Shown one piece after another: positions 56,186 through 57,257 of a DNA stretch of 57,257 nucleotides; within the stretch, counting starts at the first letter, position 1; each line of letters opens with the position of its first letter. The DNA is from a virus (lineage: Duplodnaviria; Caudoviricetes). The stretch spans positions 1 to 57,257 of the IMG/VR virus record IMGVR_UViG_3300038393_002601; one strand, written 5' to 3'. Below the pieces are notes generated by a model, which worked only from the letters and a program-made list of their open reading frames with translations, had not been told where the DNA came from and did no database searches. The translations under genes were made by a program, and so were the position numbers.

Positions 56186-56653
56186 TTATTTTTTCGCAGT
56201 TTTCGCTTCTTCTTCGTCTAAGTATTTGCGAATGGCTTCGTTTAAAACGAATGTTTTATAGCCGCGATCTTTTGCTTTTCTAGCAAGTTTATCGAGTCTA
56301 GCAAGGAGCTCTTTTTCCATCAAAAAGGTATATCTTTTATGCGTTTCCTCGACGGTTGGACGTCTTCTATTTTTGAATTCATCTATAGAAGTTGTTGTTC
56401 CATGTTCAGGCTGCAAGGTGTCAAGTAACTGTTCAGCTTCTGTATTAAGCTCTTCTGAATCCATTACCTTAGCAGTTTGAGTGTTCATATTCATTGTTCC
56501 TTCTTTCTGTTCCAACGTAGTATTACGATTTAGTATTCCATTTTCTTGTTCATTTACACCCATTAAATTATTTAGGACTGCTTCTTTCTCAGGTGTAATG
56601 GATGTTCTATCTCGTCTGTTATCTAACTGTTTGAACCGATCCGCTTTGGACAC
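56186..56653 (-). CDS. Ribbon-helix-helix partition adaptor (type Ib ParB-like)
   Basis: C-terminal H.RYTFLMEKELLARLD.LA.....KT..LNEAIR.YL; directly downstream of parA. Confidence 0.8.
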   Translation of the reverse strand: MSKADRFKQLDNRRDRTSITPEKEAVLNNLMGVNEQENGILNRNTTLEQKEGTMNMNTQTAKVMDSEELNTEAEQLLDTLQPEHGTTTSIDEFKNRRRPTVEETHKRYTFLMEKELLARLDKLARKAKDRGYKTFVLNEAIRKYLDEEEAKTAKK

Positions 56654-57257
56654 GTTCCTTCAACTCCTTTACAAATTCTCCGAACATGGCCAACGCTTCT
56701 CGATCGGCCTTGGACTTACTTTGAATTCCCTCGAAAGAAAACTCGGTGATTCGAGACTTACGTCGAATGATCGTATTGAACACAAAATGCTCGTAATCTT
56801 CCTTTACTTTTTCCATGATGTAATTTCCGATCGTGGTTCTTGAATCGAGCAGACTTGTTAAAATACCCGCTAAGCGGATGTTTGGATTGATTTTTTCCTG
56901 AGCCGCTTGCAGCACTTCCAGATAACGATCTAACGCATCAAAGGCGAAAGGCTCGGTTTGCATGACCACCACACAGTAATCACTGGCACTGATGCCGTTG
57001 ATTGTCTGACCTCCGAGGTTGGGTGGTAGATCAAGTAGGATATAGTCGTAGTCGTTTTTCACAACTTCTAGTGTGTTTTTCAGGACCGTTGCTTGCTGAT
57101 GAGTTGGCATTGTGGTGTAAAGCCATTTATCGAATCCAGATAAGAAGTCTTCTGCGGGAAGAAGGTGAACCTTATCAGTGATTTCTTGAATATATGGACG
57201 AGGGTCTCCTTCTTTGCACGCTTCTAACGCTGTTTTATGGACAAAATCGTAAGGTGA
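56619..57257 (-). CDS. parA: ParA/Soj ATPase, C-terminal part
   Basis: Open to the window end (SPYDFVHKTALEACKEGDPRPYI...); YDYILLDLPP, GILTS. Confidence 0.93.
   Translation of the reverse strand, partial: SPYDFVHKTALEACKEGDPRPYIQEITDKVHLLPAEDFLSGFDKWLYTTMPTHQQATVLKNTLEVVKNDYDYILLDLPPNLGGQTINGISASDYCVVVMQTEPFAFDALDRYLEVLQAAQEKINPNIRLAGILTSLLDSRTTIGNYIMEKVKEDYEHFVFNTIIRRKSRITEFSFEGIQSKSKADREALAMFGEFVKELKERVQSGSVQTVR

Larger units (their letters stand above)
1..57257. mobile_element. Near-complete circular phage-plasmid (siphovirus-type plasmid prophage) of a spore-forming Bacillota
   Basis: ParA split across the window ends; plasmid Rep, partition and resolvase genes co-occur with a full terminase-portal-capsid-tail-lysis operon; no integrase or host chromosomal genes recognised. 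Confidence 0.9.

Overview
The window appears to be an almost complete circular ~57 kb phage-plasmid (temperate siphovirus kept as a plasmid) from an endospore-forming Bacillota host. A ParA gene is split across the two ends and only a few bases seem to be missing. Plasmid functions: type Ib ParA/RHH partition pair, HTH Rep with an antisense-RNA leader and downstream origin, and a serine resolvase with a res site; no integrase was recognised. Phage functions: a + strand early/middle region (initiator, DnaC, N-truncated DnaB, SSB, RusA, Tad2-like protein, three SigH-like sigma domains, late activator) and a - strand late operon (terminase to lysis, with a -1 frameshift in the tail chaperone). 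Five defence-type genes flank the partition locus. The most unusual observations are: (1) about 15 small proteins with very divergent N-termini that share a C-terminal helix motif (HP-x-x-RL-hydrophobic), split into paralog subfamilies; (2) a 122-nt tRNA-Leu-like RNA with a non-canonical anticodon loop and a ~49-nt variable arm at the head of the late operon; (3) a triplicated SigH-like sigma locus with a tandem fusion, nested in-frame starts and matching SigH-variant promoters; (4) a degenerate ACTGAAYA motif clustered in at least 14 intergenic loci around the genome. All protein assignments come from motif recognition by eye, not database searches.
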